64,000 nucleotides of DNA, from positions 596 through 64,595 of the forward strand of contig JBEDHL010000186.1 in NCBI GenBank assembly GCA_041174145.1. The letters run 5' to 3'. Below the pieces are notes generated by a model, which saw nothing but the letters and a program-made list of their open reading frames with translations, searched no databases and was not told the DNA's origin. Positions 50,257-59,516 of this stretch are shown here, one piece after another. The position numbers were made by a program, and so were the translations under genes. Every line of letters starts with the position of its first letter. Position 1 is the first letter of the stretch. Source of the stretch: Pseudomonadota bacterium (GTDB lineage: Bacteria > Pseudomonadota > Alphaproteobacteria > Acetobacterales > Acetobacteraceae).

Positions 50257-51156
50257 TCAACCCTTGGTCGCGCCGGCGGTCAGGCCAGCGATGTAATAAT
50301 CCATGAGGAAGGCGTAGATGATCACGGGCGGCAATGCTGCCATTAGCGCACCCGCCATGATCTGCCCCCAAGCGAAGGTATCCGCACGCACCAATTGGGA
50401 TACAACCCCGATGGTGAGCGGCATCTGGTCCGGTGTGGTGACGAAGGCGGTGGGATAAACAAAGGCCGCCCAGGAAACCGTGAAGGCGAAAATCGTCGCC
50501 GCGATAATTCCGGGCAGTGCCACCGGGATGAAGATCTTGATCAGCATTTGCGGCCAAGTGGCGCCATCAATCAGCGCCGCCTCATCCAACTCCTTGGGAA
50601 TGGATGCAAAATAGCCAATCATGATCCAGGTGCAGAAAGGCACGGTCAGCGTCGGGTAGACCAGGATCAAGCCCCAAACAGAGTTGAGCAACCCAAGCCC
50701 GCCGACAATCTGATAGAGCGGAATGAACAGTAGCGTATCTGGCACGAGGTAGGTGAGGAACACACCGGTCGCCAAAACCTGGCTACCCCAGAACCGCATC
50801 CGCGCCAGCGCAAAGGCGGCAAGCACTGAAATCACCATGGTCAGCGCCACGACGCAGGTCGTGACAATGGCGCTATTGATGAAGAACTTCAGGAAAAGCG
50901 GATTTTCCAGGATCGCCCAGTAATTTTCCAGCGTCGGGTCACGGACGATCCAAGGATTGCCGGACATATTGGCGATTTCACCACTGGTCTTGAAGCTGGT
51001 GATCAGCATGTAAAAAGGCGGAGCGAGAAAAATAAGCGCCGCCACCGACAAAGAGGCATAGGCCGACCAGAGTGCCCAGCGCCGTTCGGCGCGCAAGCTG
51101 CCCGCTTTGTGGTAGATATTTGGGAGGTCGCGGTTCGCAGAGGTCGCCGACATCAC
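50257..51156 (-). CDS. carbohydrate ABC transporter permease (CUT1)
   Basis: Six-TM MalG-like permease with an EAA loop (DEAALIDGATWPQMLIKIFIP). Confidence 0.88.
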   Translation of the reverse strand: MMSATSANRDLPNIYHKAGSLRAERRWALWSAYASLSVAALIFLAPPFYMLITSFKTSGEIANMSGNPWIVRDPTLENYWAILENPLFLKFFINSAIVTTCVVALTMVISVLAAFALARMRFWGSQVLATGVFLTYLVPDTLLFIPLYQIVGGLGLLNSVWGLILVYPTLTVPFCTWIMIGYFASIPKELDEAALIDGATWPQMLIKIFIPVALPGIIAATIFAFTVSWAAFVYPTAFVTTPDQMPLTIGVVSQLVRADTFAWGQIMAGALMAALPPVIIYAFLMDYYIAGLTAGATKG

Positions 51157-52079
51157 ATCTGCTCCTTATTACGCCGGGTGACGCCGCGCAGAACGAAAAA
51201 GGCGCAAATAGCCAGAACCGGCATCATGAAAAGTGATACCGCCGCGCCGCGCGGAATATTCCCGGCCAGAATGCCCACTTGGAACGCGTAGGATGCGAAT
51301 ACATGCGTCAGATCCCGCGGTCCGCCATTGGTGAGCACGCGCACAATGTCGTAATTGGCGAAGGTGACGATCAGGCTGAACAGCACCGTGATGGAAATGA
51401 TGTTTGCCATCATGGGGATGGTCACATACCGCAGCCTTTGCCAGCCTGTCGCGCCATCAATCGCCGCTGCTTCATAAAGCTGCTCCGGCACGGATTTCAG
51501 CGCGGCCAAATACATGATCATGAAGAAGGGCGCACCGATCCAGACATTGACGATGATGATGGAAATACGCGCCCACCAGGGCTGCCCCAGCCAGGGGATT
51601 TCCGGCACCGAAATGATGGAAAGCAGCCAGTTGATGGATGAATAGGAAGGATCAAACATCCACCACCAGCCAAGTGTCGAAAGCGCAGGCGGGATAACCC
51701 AAGGCACCAGCAACATGCCGCGCCATTTGCGCTGCCCCTTATCGGGGATGCCATGCAGCATATGGGCAAGCCAGAAGCCGATCAGCGCCTTGAGCAGGAC
51801 TGCTGTAATGGCAAAAAAACAGGATTGGAACACGACATCCCAGAAGGTGTCGGATTCAAACAGAATCTCGTAATTGCCAAAGCCAATAAAGGCGGTCATC
51901 CGCCGGTTCAGCATGGAGAGATAAATCCCGAAAGCGGCCGGGTAGGCGATCAGCCCCCCCACCACGATCAGAAGTGGCAAAGCCATCAGGAATGCGATCG
52001 AGGATCGCCGGCGTGCAAAGCGTTGCAAAGACCCAACGCGCGCCTGATCCGCGCCAATGGTCGACGTGGCGGAAGCCAT
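51153..52079 (-). CDS. carbohydrate ABC transporter permease (CUT1)
   Basis: MalF-like permease with an EAA loop (YEAAAIDGATGWQRLRYVTIP). Confidence 0.88.
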   Translation of the reverse strand: MASATSTIGADQARVGSLQRFARRRSSIAFLMALPLLIVVGGLIAYPAAFGIYLSMLNRRMTAFIGFGNYEILFESDTFWDVVFQSCFFAITAVLLKALIGFWLAHMLHGIPDKGQRKWRGMLLVPWVIPPALSTLGWWWMFDPSYSSINWLLSIISVPEIPWLGQPWWARISIIIVNVWIGAPFFMIMYLAALKSVPEQLYEAAAIDGATGWQRLRYVTIPMMANIISITVLFSLIVTFANYDIVRVLTNGGPRDLTHVFASYAFQVGILAGNIPRGAAVSLFMMPVLAICAFFVLRGVTRRNKEQM

Positions 52080-52156
52080 CCTTCCTCTGATCCCCCAATT
52101 TATTCGTTATAAAACGGGCGGCCCCTGATCTAGGGCCGCCCGCCATAGGCACTTAT

Positions 52157-53512
52157 TTAGCCACCGCGACGGATGACGTTCAATTCACGCTCAAGCCAGT
52201 TCAGCGCCTGATCAACGCTTTCACCCGCCTGGGCGATGCGCGCAACGACCTTGGTATTCAGTGCATTGGTATAGGCTTGCACCGCGAATTCCGCCGGTGC
52301 CGGCGCGAAGGCCACGCTGGTACGCGCATTATGGTGCGCCTTTTGCGGGTAGTTGAACACGGTCCCCTTCGGCGGCCCTTCATTTTCCCAAATCGGGAAA
52401 TCGCTCATGCTCAGGAAGGGCGGGATGTCATAGCCGTTGGAAGTCGTGGTCTGGCGTTCGGCGCTGGTGCGTTCGGAAAGGAATTCCAGCAGCCCCTTGG
52501 CCGCGGTCTTGTTGCGGCTGAAGGACCAAATGCCCCAGAAATACGGCAGGTAAGGCGTGAAGCGCCCTTCCGGCCCGGCGGGCATCGGCACGGTCCAGCA
52601 GTTTTCTGAAACCTGCGGGTTGTCACGCTTCGCCACCGCCCAGGCAGAAGGCGGGTTGAAGATCAGCGCGGAACGGCCGGAAATCAGCGCGCGGTTATTG
52701 GAAGCATCATCCCACGCCCAGACATCATTCGGCAGGAAGCGGGACAGGCGGACCAAATATTCAACGGCGGTGCGCAGCTTGGCGTTGCCCCGCACGGTCA
52801 CATTGCCCTTGTCGTCCATCACACTGGCGCCGAAGGACGCGAAGATGGCGCCTGTGGCATCCACGGCATCGGTGAAAGATCCCATCGGCAGCCCGAAGGG
52901 AACGCCGGCCGCGTGGCATTTTTCGGCCGCCATCAGGAAGGTGTCCCAATTCCAGCGGTCAGCGCCCGGGCCGGGCTTGTTTTCGGCGGGCCACATTTCG
53001 CGGATATCGATGCCGGCATGCTGCTTCAGCAGGTCGAACCGTACGCAGGCGGGCTTCATTTGCGTGCCGGAAACCGCCGGAATGGCGACCCATTTGCCCT
53101 TCACCTTGCCCAGATATTCAGCCGCCGCATTCACCGCGCCATATTTTTGGGTCAGCCGACCCATCACGTCATCCACCGGTTCCAGCAATTCAGCCTTGGA
53201 CGCCGGTTCCCAGGTGGGGAAGGAAAGAATGTCATGGCCTGAACGGCTTTGCGCCTGGGCGGCGATGGTCAGCAGGTTCTGGTTGCCGACCGAGGTAATG
53301 AAATCAATCTGCACATTGACGCGGTTCTTTTCGCCCCATTCGGCGCAAAGTTCGCGCAGCGCGCCATTGCCGGCGGGCACCCAATGGTCCCAGAAGCCGC
53401 AGCGCAGCGTGCCGGCGCTACCTTGGGCATGGACCATGGGTGCTGCCAGCACCCCGGCCGCCGCTACCCCGGCGCCAGAAAGCAATAGATCGCGCCTTTT
53501 GAAACTTGCCAT
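52157..53512 (-). CDS. ABC transporter extracellular solute-binding protein (family 1), Tat-type signal
   Basis: N-terminus MASFKRRDLLLSGAGVAAAGVLAAPMVHAQ (twin-arginine-like), 451 aa. It heads the permease-permease-ATPase operon. Confidence 0.85.
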   Translation of the reverse strand: MASFKRRDLLLSGAGVAAAGVLAAPMVHAQGSAGTLRCGFWDHWVPAGNGALRELCAEWGEKNRVNVQIDFITSVGNQNLLTIAAQAQSRSGHDILSFPTWEPASKAELLEPVDDVMGRLTQKYGAVNAAAEYLGKVKGKWVAIPAVSGTQMKPACVRFDLLKQHAGIDIREMWPAENKPGPGADRWNWDTFLMAAEKCHAAGVPFGLPMGSFTDAVDATGAIFASFGASVMDDKGNVTVRGNAKLRTAVEYLVRLSRFLPNDVWAWDDASNNRALISGRSALIFNPPSAWAVAKRDNPQVSENCWTVPMPAGPEGRFTPYLPYFWGIWSFSRNKTAAKGLLEFLSERTSAERQTTTSNGYDIPPFLSMSDFPIWENEGPPKGTVFNYPQKAHHNARTSVAFAPAPAEFAVQAYTNALNTKVVARIAQAGESVDQALNWLERELNVIRRGG

Positions 53513-53731
53513 GAACGTTCTCTCCTCCGTTTTGTCCGGGCCTTGAGTGGCAACCGTGAAATCGCGGGAGGGAGGTTAGACAGGCCATTGGGGGAAAGGC
53601 AATAAGATACTAAGGGCCTTTTGGCCGCTGACCCGGATTGAGCCTGCCTGGCCCCGGGCTGGCCCTGGGCTGGCGCGCCGGCCCAAACTCGGCTTCAAAC
53701 ACCCCGACTGGCCAGAAGCAGGATAAATGGC

Positions 53732-54682
53732 ATGAGCACTTCGCTACGCGTTGCGGTCCAGATGGACCCGATTGAAACCATCAATATTGATGGCGATTCA
53801 ACCTTCGCCCTGATGCTGGAAGCGCAAGCGCGCGGCCATAAGCTTTGGCACTATCATGTGCGGGATTTGGCGCTGCGCGGCGGGCGCGTGACCGCCTGGG
53901 CGCGGCCCATCACCCTCCGGCGCGAATATGGCAACCACTTTACCTTCGGCGCTGAGGTTGAACTGGACCTTGGCCGCGATGCCGATGTGGTGCTGATGCG
54001 CCAGGACCCGCCCTTTGACATGGGCTACATCACGGCAACCCATATCCTGGAACATATCCACCCCAAGACGCTGGTGGTGAATGACCCGGCCCAGGTGCGC
54101 AATGCACCGGAAAAGCTGTTCGTCACGCATTTCCCGGATTTGATGCCGGCCACGTTGGTGACCGCGGATCGGCGCCGCATCGCGGCCTTCCGGGCGGAAC
54201 ATGGTGACATCATCGTGAAGCCGTTATTCGGCAATGGCGGCGCAGGCGTGTTTCACCTTCGCGCCGATGATCCCAACATGAATGCGCTGGTGGAGTTGTT
54301 CACGGAACGATCCCGTGAACCGCTGATGATCCAGCAATACCTGCCCGCCGTGCGGGAGGGCGATAAGCGCATCATCCTGGTGGATGGTGTGGCCATGGGC
54401 GGCATCAACCGCGTGCCGGCGGCGGGTGAAGCGCGGTCCAATATGCATGTCGGTGGCCGCCCAGAACCGACCAAGCTGACCGAGCGAGAGAAGGAAATCT
54501 GCGCGCGGATCGGCCCGGAATTGAAGGCGCGCGGGATGATTTTTGTGGGCATTGACGTGATTGGCGGCTATCTGACCGAAATCAACGTCACCAGCCCGAC
54601 CGGCCTGCAGGAATTGGCGCGGTTTGATGGTGTTTATCTGGAACGCGCCATCTGGGACGCGATTGAAGCGAAAAGGCATTGA
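53732..54682 (+). CDS. gshB: glutathione synthetase
   Basis: Prokaryotic GSH synthase N-domain ([30 protein letters not shown]) plus an ATP-grasp domain ([23 protein letters not shown]). Confidence 0.95.
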   Translation: MSTSLRVAVQMDPIETINIDGDSTFALMLEAQARGHKLWHYHVRDLALRGGRVTAWARPITLRREYGNHFTFGAEVELDLGRDADVVLMRQDPPFDMGYITATHILEHIHPKTLVVNDPAQVRNAPEKLFVTHFPDLMPATLVTADRRRIAAFRAEHGDIIVKPLFGNGGAGVFHLRADDPNMNALVELFTERSREPLMIQQYLPAVREGDKRIILVDGVAMGGINRVPAAGEARSNMHVGGRPEPTKLTEREKEICARIGPELKARGMIFVGIDVIGGYLTEINVTSPTGLQELARFDGVYLERAIWDAIEAKRH

Positions 54683-54683
54683 G

Positions 54684-55316
54684 ATGCTGAAGCTTTGGGG
54701 CCGCACCAATTCCATCAATGTGAAGAAGGTGCTGTGGATGCTCGACGAACTCGGGCAGGCTTATGACCGCGTGGATGCCGGCATGGAGCATGGCCGGGTG
54801 AATGATGCGGATTACCGCGCCATGAACCCGAATGGCCGCGTGCCAACCCTGGAAGATGGCGATTTCATCCTGTGGGAATCGAATAGCGTGCTGCGCTATT
54901 TGGCAATGAAATATCAAAGCCCGCTTTACCCGGCGGCACCAGCGGCGCGCGCTTCGGCGGATCGCTGGATGGATTGGCAGCTTTCAACTCTTGGCCCCGC
55001 TGAGCGCAACCTGTTCTGGGGTCTGGTGCGCACCCCGCCTGAGAAGCGCGACATGGCGCAGATTGAAGCGGCGGCGAAGGCAGCGGGCGAATGCTGGGCC
55101 ATTCTTGACCATTGGATCAGCAAGCATGGCGGGCCGTATTTGGATGGCGCGAATATGACCATCGCCGATATCGTGCTTGCCTGTTACGCGCGGCGCTGGT
55201 TTGGCCCCGAAGTGCGCCTGCCCGGGATGCCGGAATTCCCCACCTTGGTGTGCTGGTATGCCAAACTTGGCGAAAGGCCCGGCTTTCAGCGCTGGCTGGC
55301 GCCGCCACTAACCTGA
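54684..55316 (+). CDS. glutathione S-transferase family protein
   Basis: MLKLWGRTNSINVKKVLWMLDELG and RVPTLEDGDFILWESNSVLRYLA form the GST N-terminal thioredoxin fold. The ATG lies 1 nt after the gshB stop. Confidence 0.85.
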   Translation: MLKLWGRTNSINVKKVLWMLDELGQAYDRVDAGMEHGRVNDADYRAMNPNGRVPTLEDGDFILWESNSVLRYLAMKYQSPLYPAAPAARASADRWMDWQLSTLGPAERNLFWGLVRTPPEKRDMAQIEAAAKAAGECWAILDHWISKHGGPYLDGANMTIADIVLACYARRWFGPEVRLPGMPEFPTLVCWYAKLGERPGFQRWLAPPLT

Positions 55317-55327
55317 AGGAGAACACC

Positions 55328-55621
55328 ATGCCCGGTTACCTGATCGCCAACGTCAAAGTCACTGACCCTGAGGGTTTTGAACGTTATCGCGCCGGCGTTC
55401 CGGCGGTGATCTCGCAATATGGCGGGCGCTATGCTGTGCGTGGTGGCACGATGGAAAAGCTTGAAAATGCCGAAGGCTTCAACCGTATGGTGGTGCTGGA
55501 ATTCCCCAGCCTGGATGCTGCCCGCGCCTTCTATTTCAGCCCGGAATATGCGCCGCTTCTGAAACTGCGGATTGAAAGCACGGATAGCCAAGTGGTGCTG
55601 GTTGACGGGTATTCTCCGTGA
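55328..55621 (+). CDS. DUF1330 domain-containing protein
   Basis: 97 aa: MPGYLIANVKVTDPEGFERYRAGVPAVISQYGGRYAVRGG...VVLEFPSLDAARAFYFSPEY, the typical DUF1330 (dimeric alpha-beta barrel) pattern. Confidence 0.75.
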   Translation: MPGYLIANVKVTDPEGFERYRAGVPAVISQYGGRYAVRGGTMEKLENAEGFNRMVVLEFPSLDAARAFYFSPEYAPLLKLRIESTDSQVVLVDGYSP

Positions 55622-55704
55622 AACCCGGGAACGACGTAAAAAATCCTCACGATTCAACCGAATCGCCTTGATCCCGCCACGGTGTCGCGGAAATGTAACA
55701 TCCC

Positions 55705-56490
55705 ATGAGACCACTGATCGGCATTTCCTGCTGCATTAAGCCCTTCGGCATTTTCGGCACGCCCAATCACGCGGCGTCTGACAGCTATGTGCGCGTGGTG
55801 CGCGGCCCGATGGGCGGCACCCCGGTGCTGCTACCGGCGGCGGGCGAAGAAGCGGCGCAGGATTATCTGGCCCATATCAATGGCCTGATCCTGACCGGCA
55901 GCCGGTCCAATGTCTGGCCTGGCCATTATGATGGCCCGCCCCATGCCGAGGGCACGCCGGAAGATCAGCAGCGCGATGCCACCACCCTGCCCCTGATCCG
56001 TGCCGCCATTGCGGCGGGGGTGCCTTTGCTCGCGATTTGTCGCGGCATGCAGGAATTGAATGTGGCGCTGGGCGGCAGCCTGGATCAGCGCGTGCAAGAT
56101 TTGCCGGGGCGGATGGATCATTCCACGCCATCGGATCAGAAAATTCCCCTGGTGCGCACAGGAAAGGCGCATCTTGTGCGTATTGATGGTGCTGGCGCCT
56201 TGGCCGCGACCCTTACCGCGCCCTCCCGCGCAGCGGCGCAGTTGGCGGTGAATTCGCTGCATAATCAGGCAGTGCAACGCTTGGCGCCGCGCCTGGTCGC
56301 TGAGGCCTGGGCACCAGATGGCACCATTGAAGCGGTCCGTGTGGAAGGGGCGCGCGGTTTCGCGCTGGGCGTGCAATGGCACCCGGAATATGATTGGGAA
56401 AAGGATGACGATAGCCGCGCGATTTTTGAGGCCTTTGGCCGCGCCGCCGCCCAACATGCCGGGGCAAAGCTGGCGGCCGCAGCAGAATAA
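55705..56490 (+). CDS. gamma-glutamyl-gamma-aminobutyrate hydrolase family protein (peptidase C26, class I amidotransferase-like)
   Basis: Nucleophile elbow LAICRGMQELNVALGGSL and the GVQWHPE histidine region. Confidence 0.85.
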   Translation: MRPLIGISCCIKPFGIFGTPNHAASDSYVRVVRGPMGGTPVLLPAAGEEAAQDYLAHINGLILTGSRSNVWPGHYDGPPHAEGTPEDQQRDATTLPLIRAAIAAGVPLLAICRGMQELNVALGGSLDQRVQDLPGRMDHSTPSDQKIPLVRTGKAHLVRIDGAGALAATLTAPSRAAAQLAVNSLHNQAVQRLAPRLVAEAWAPDGTIEAVRVEGARGFALGVQWHPEYDWEKDDDSRAIFEAFGRAAAQHAGAKLAAAAE

Positions 56491-56560
56491 AACATAATCT
56501 TCACCAAGCTGTGTCAGCTTTGGGGCTTCCCTTTTTCCCTCAATTGTTCTAGATACTTAG

Positions 56561-56682
56561 CTGTCGGCGGTGATTTGCCGACGGTCGCGATCCGGCTTCC
56601 CCTGCCGGCTCGCCCGACCTTTCCGATCGGAAAATACAAAGTAGCGCCCGGTCACCCCCCTGACCGGGCGTTTTTGTTTTTT
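56561..56682 (+). ncRNA. candidate small RNA (or structured 3'-UTR-derived RNA); 5' end undefined
   Basis: Three consecutive stem-loops in an otherwise empty 319-bp gap. The first, 56561-56584, has an 8-bp stem. The second, 56587-56613, has a 10-bp stem with one mismatch and loop TTCCCCT. The third is the terminator hairpin at 56645-56670 with loop CCCCCC and a T-tract. Confidence 0.35.
56645..56682 (+). terminator. Rho-independent terminator
   Basis: Perfect 10-bp stem CGCCCGGTCA / TGACCGGGCG with a 6-nt loop, followed by TTTTTGTTTTTT. Confidence 0.85.
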
Positions 56683-56809
56683 GGTGAATCATGGCGCGCC
56701 AATGGGATGCGGCACGCTGCTACCATAGCGTGCAAAGCGTTGGTCCAGTCTTCCGGCATGCCGCGGCAAGGGCTATAGCGGCGCCAATGGTCTGAAGGAG
56801 CTTTGCAAG

Positions 56810-57496
56810 ATGGTTTCCTATGTCTTCCCGCCCCCGCCTGTGGCCGCACTGCCGATCAAGGGCAGTGACGCGCTTTTCCCGGTGCGCAGGATTTTTTGCG
56901 TGGGCCGCAATTACGCCGAACACGCGATTGAAATGGGCAGCGACCCAACCCGCGAACCGCCCTTTTATTTCGCCAAGCCGGCGGATTCCGTGGTGATCAA
57001 TGGCGCGGATATGCCCTACCCGTCCGTGACCAAATCGCTGCATCATGAAATGGAATTGGTCGTCGCCATCGGGCGCGGCGGGCGCGATATTTCGGTGGCG
57101 GATGCGCTTTCCCATGTTTGGGGCTATTGCGCCGGCTTGGATATGACCCGCCGCGACATCCAGAATGAGGCGAAAAAGACCGGCCGCCCCTGGGATATGG
57201 GCAAGGGCTTCGACAAATCCGCCCCCATGGGCCTGCTGGTGCCCGCCGCCGGGATCGATCCCTCCAAGGGCAAGATTGAGCTCAAGGTGAATGGCAAGGT
57301 CACGCAGACCTCTGATCTTTCCAAGCTGATCTGGTCCGTCCCGGAAGTGATCGCCAATTTGTCCGAATTGGTGGAATTGGCCCCCGGCGATCTGATCATG
57401 ACCGGCACGCCGGAAGGCGTTGCCGCCGTGGTGCGCGGCGATCTGCTGGAAGGCTTTGTTGAGGGCGTGGGCGAAATCCGCACCAAGATCATCTGA
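56810..57496 (+). CDS. fumarylacetoacetate hydrolase (FAH) family protein
   Basis: IFCVGRNYAEHAIEMG and ELEL(V)VAIG metal-site motifs, with a GAAGGAG RBS upstream. Confidence 0.85.
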   Translation: MVSYVFPPPPVAALPIKGSDALFPVRRIFCVGRNYAEHAIEMGSDPTREPPFYFAKPADSVVINGADMPYPSVTKSLHHEMELVVAIGRGGRDISVADALSHVWGYCAGLDMTRRDIQNEAKKTGRPWDMGKGFDKSAPMGLLVPAAGIDPSKGKIELKVNGKVTQTSDLSKLIWSVPEVIANLSELVELAPGDLIMTGTPEGVAAVVRGDLLEGFVEGVGEIRTKII

Positions 57497-57513
57497 TCCG
57501 GGTGCGCGCCTGA

Positions 57514-58917
57514 ATGGCCAAGGATCGCAGCCGCTTTGTCTGCCAAGCCTGCGGGGCATTCAGCCCCAAATGGCAGGGGCGCTGCGATGCCTGTGGCGAA
57601 TGGAATACGCTGATCGAGGAAACCACCGCCCCGCGCGGCCCTGGCCCTGCCGCCAAAACCGCCGGCGGGCGCCGCGTTGAATTTGTTGGGCTGAAGGGGG
57701 AATCCGCGCCCCCGCCGCGCATCGTGACCGGCATTGCGGAACTGGACCGCGTTTTGGGCGGCGGCTTCGTGCCGGCCTCTGCTGTGCTGGTGGGGGGCGA
57801 CCCCGGCATCGGCAAATCCACTATTTTGTTGCAGGCGGCGGCGCGTTTGGCATCTGGCGGGCGGCGCGTTCTGTATATTTCGGGCGAAGAGGCGGTGGAG
57901 CAGGTCAGGCTCCGCGCCGCGCGGCTTGGGCTTTCCGATAGCCCGATGGAATTGGCCGCCGCCTCGGCACTGCGCGATATTGGCGCCAGCTTGGAACAGG
58001 AAAGCGACGCCGCGCTGGTGGTGATGGATTCCATCCAGACCGTGTGGCTGGATGCGCTGGATTCCGCGCCGGGCACGGTGGCGCAGGTGCGCGCTTGTGC
58101 GGCGGAGCTGATCCGCCTTGCGAAATCGCGCGGCTTTGCCCTGGTGTTGGTGGGGCATGTGACCAAGGAAGGCACGCTCGCCGGCCCGCGCGTGCTGGAA
58201 CATATGGTGGATGCGACGCTGTATTTTGAAGGTGATCGCGGCCATCAATTTCGCATCCTGCGCGCGGTGAAGAACCGCTTTGGCGCGACGGATGAAATCG
58301 GCGTGTTCGAAATGACCGATCGCGGCTTGGTCGAAGTCGCCAATCCATCGGCGCTGTTTTTGGCGGAACGGCGGGGCAATGTTTCGGGCTCGGCGGTATT
58401 TGCCGGCATTGAAGGCACGCGGCCGGTGCTGGTCGAAATCCAGGCGCTGCTGTCGCCATCCTCCGGCGGGTCGCCGCGACGGCAGGTGGTGGGCTGGGAT
58501 TCCGGGCGGCTTTCCATGCTGCTGGCGGTGCTGGAAGCGCGTTGCGGGATGAGTCTTGGCCAGAATGATGTCTATTTGAATATCGCGGGTGGCCTGCGCA
58601 TCACTGAACCGGCAGCGGATTTGGCGGTGGCGGCGGCGCTGGTTTCGGCCGCGACCGACAGGCCCACTGATTCCGGCGCGGTTTATTTCGGTGAGGTCGG
58701 GCTTTCGGGAGAGGTGCGGCAAGTTTCCCAGGCTGACTCGCGCCTCAGGGAAGCGGCGAAGTTGGGTTTTTCCGCCGCCACCCTGCCGCGCCGCATCGCC
58801 CGTGGGGGCCGCACGGCGGCGGCGCCAGACGGGCTGGGGCTTTCGGAAATCGGCCATTTGGCTGATCTGGTGGCACGGTTTGCCGAAAAGACCCTGTCGT
58901 CCAAGAGCAAGGCGTGA
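57514..58917 (+). CDS. radA: DNA repair protein RadA (Sms)
   Basis: N-terminal zinc finger CQACGAFSPKWQGRCDACGEWN, Walker A GGDPGIGKST, the KNRFG motif and a Lon-protease-like C-domain. Confidence 0.95.
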   Translation: MAKDRSRFVCQACGAFSPKWQGRCDACGEWNTLIEETTAPRGPGPAAKTAGGRRVEFVGLKGESAPPPRIVTGIAELDRVLGGGFVPASAVLVGGDPGIGKSTILLQAAARLASGGRRVLYISGEEAVEQVRLRAARLGLSDSPMELAAASALRDIGASLEQESDAALVVMDSIQTVWLDALDSAPGTVAQVRACAAELIRLAKSRGFALVLVGHVTKEGTLAGPRVLEHMVDATLYFEGDRGHQFRILRAVKNRFGATDEIGVFEMTDRGLVEVANPSALFLAERRGNVSGSAVFAGIEGTRPVLVEIQALLSPSSGGSPRRQVVGWDSGRLSMLLAVLEARCGMSLGQNDVYLNIAGGLRITEPAADLAVAAALVSAATDRPTDSGAVYFGEVGLSGEVRQVSQADSRLREAAKLGFSAATLPRRIARGGRTAAAPDGLGLSEIGHLADLVARFAEKTLSSKSKA

Positions 58918-58950
58918 CGCGCAGCCCAGCCAGGGCTATAGGGGCCAGAC

Positions 58951-59508
58951 ATGAATTGGGTTGATGCCATTCTGCTGGGGGTGATTGCCCTGTCAGCCAT
59001 CCTCGCCTTTTTCCATGGCCTGGTGCGTGAAGCGCTGGGCGTGGCGGGCTGGATTGGCGCGGCTGTGGTGGCCCTGCTGGCGCGCAAAGAACTGCTGCCC
59101 TTTCTGGAGCCTTATTTCACGCCGGCTTGGCTGGCTGAGGCCATTGGCGCCGGCATTGTGTTCCTGGTCGCGCTGGTGATCTTCAAGCTGATGATCAATG
59201 CGGTGGCGGATCGTGTGCAGGATTCCGCCCTGGGCGGCATTGACCGCGTGCTTGGGCTGGTATTCGGCGCGGCGCGCGGCGCGTTCTTGCTTGTGGTGAC
59301 CTATATCGTCGCGGGTTTGCTGCTGCCTGGCGATCGCTGGCCGGAACCCGTTTTGGAAGCGCGGTCCCTGCCGCTGCTGTCGCAAGGGGCCAATCTGCTG
59401 GTGGAAGCCATGCCGGCGGAATATCGCCCGCGCTTGAATGAACCGCCCTTGCCGCGTTCCCCTACTGTTGAAGAATTGCTGCGCCCACCTGCGCGCAGCC
59501 GGAATTGA
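58951..59508 (+). CDS. cvpA: CvpA family membrane protein (colicin V production protein)
   Basis: MNWVDAILLGVIALSAILAFFHGLVRE followed by four TM helices. The radA-cvpA-purF order is conserved. Confidence 0.85.
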   Translation: MNWVDAILLGVIALSAILAFFHGLVREALGVAGWIGAAVVALLARKELLPFLEPYFTPAWLAEAIGAGIVFLVALVIFKLMINAVADRVQDSALGGIDRVLGLVFGAARGAFLLVVTYIVAGLLLPGDRWPEPVLEARSLPLLSQGANLLVEAMPAEYRPRLNEPPLPRSPTVEELLRPPARSRN

Positions 59509-59516
59509 GGTTGCCC

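Noticed and set aside
56575-56849. 67-aa (+) and 65-aa (-) ORFs in the sRNA-candidate gap
   Set aside because: Both run straight through the strong intrinsic terminator hairpin and T-tract and have no RBS. An RNA-level interpretation is preferred.
58871-58883. Sigma-54-like TGGCAC...TTGC element (TGGCACGGTTTGC), given that rpoN is in the window
   Set aside because: The GG-to-GC spacing is 10 nt instead of the canonical 12, and it lies inside the radA coding sequence. Other TGGCAC hits that I inspected (e.g. 53848, 23508, 3435, 31681, 38860) lack a correctly spaced TTGC or are on the wrong strand or inside genes.
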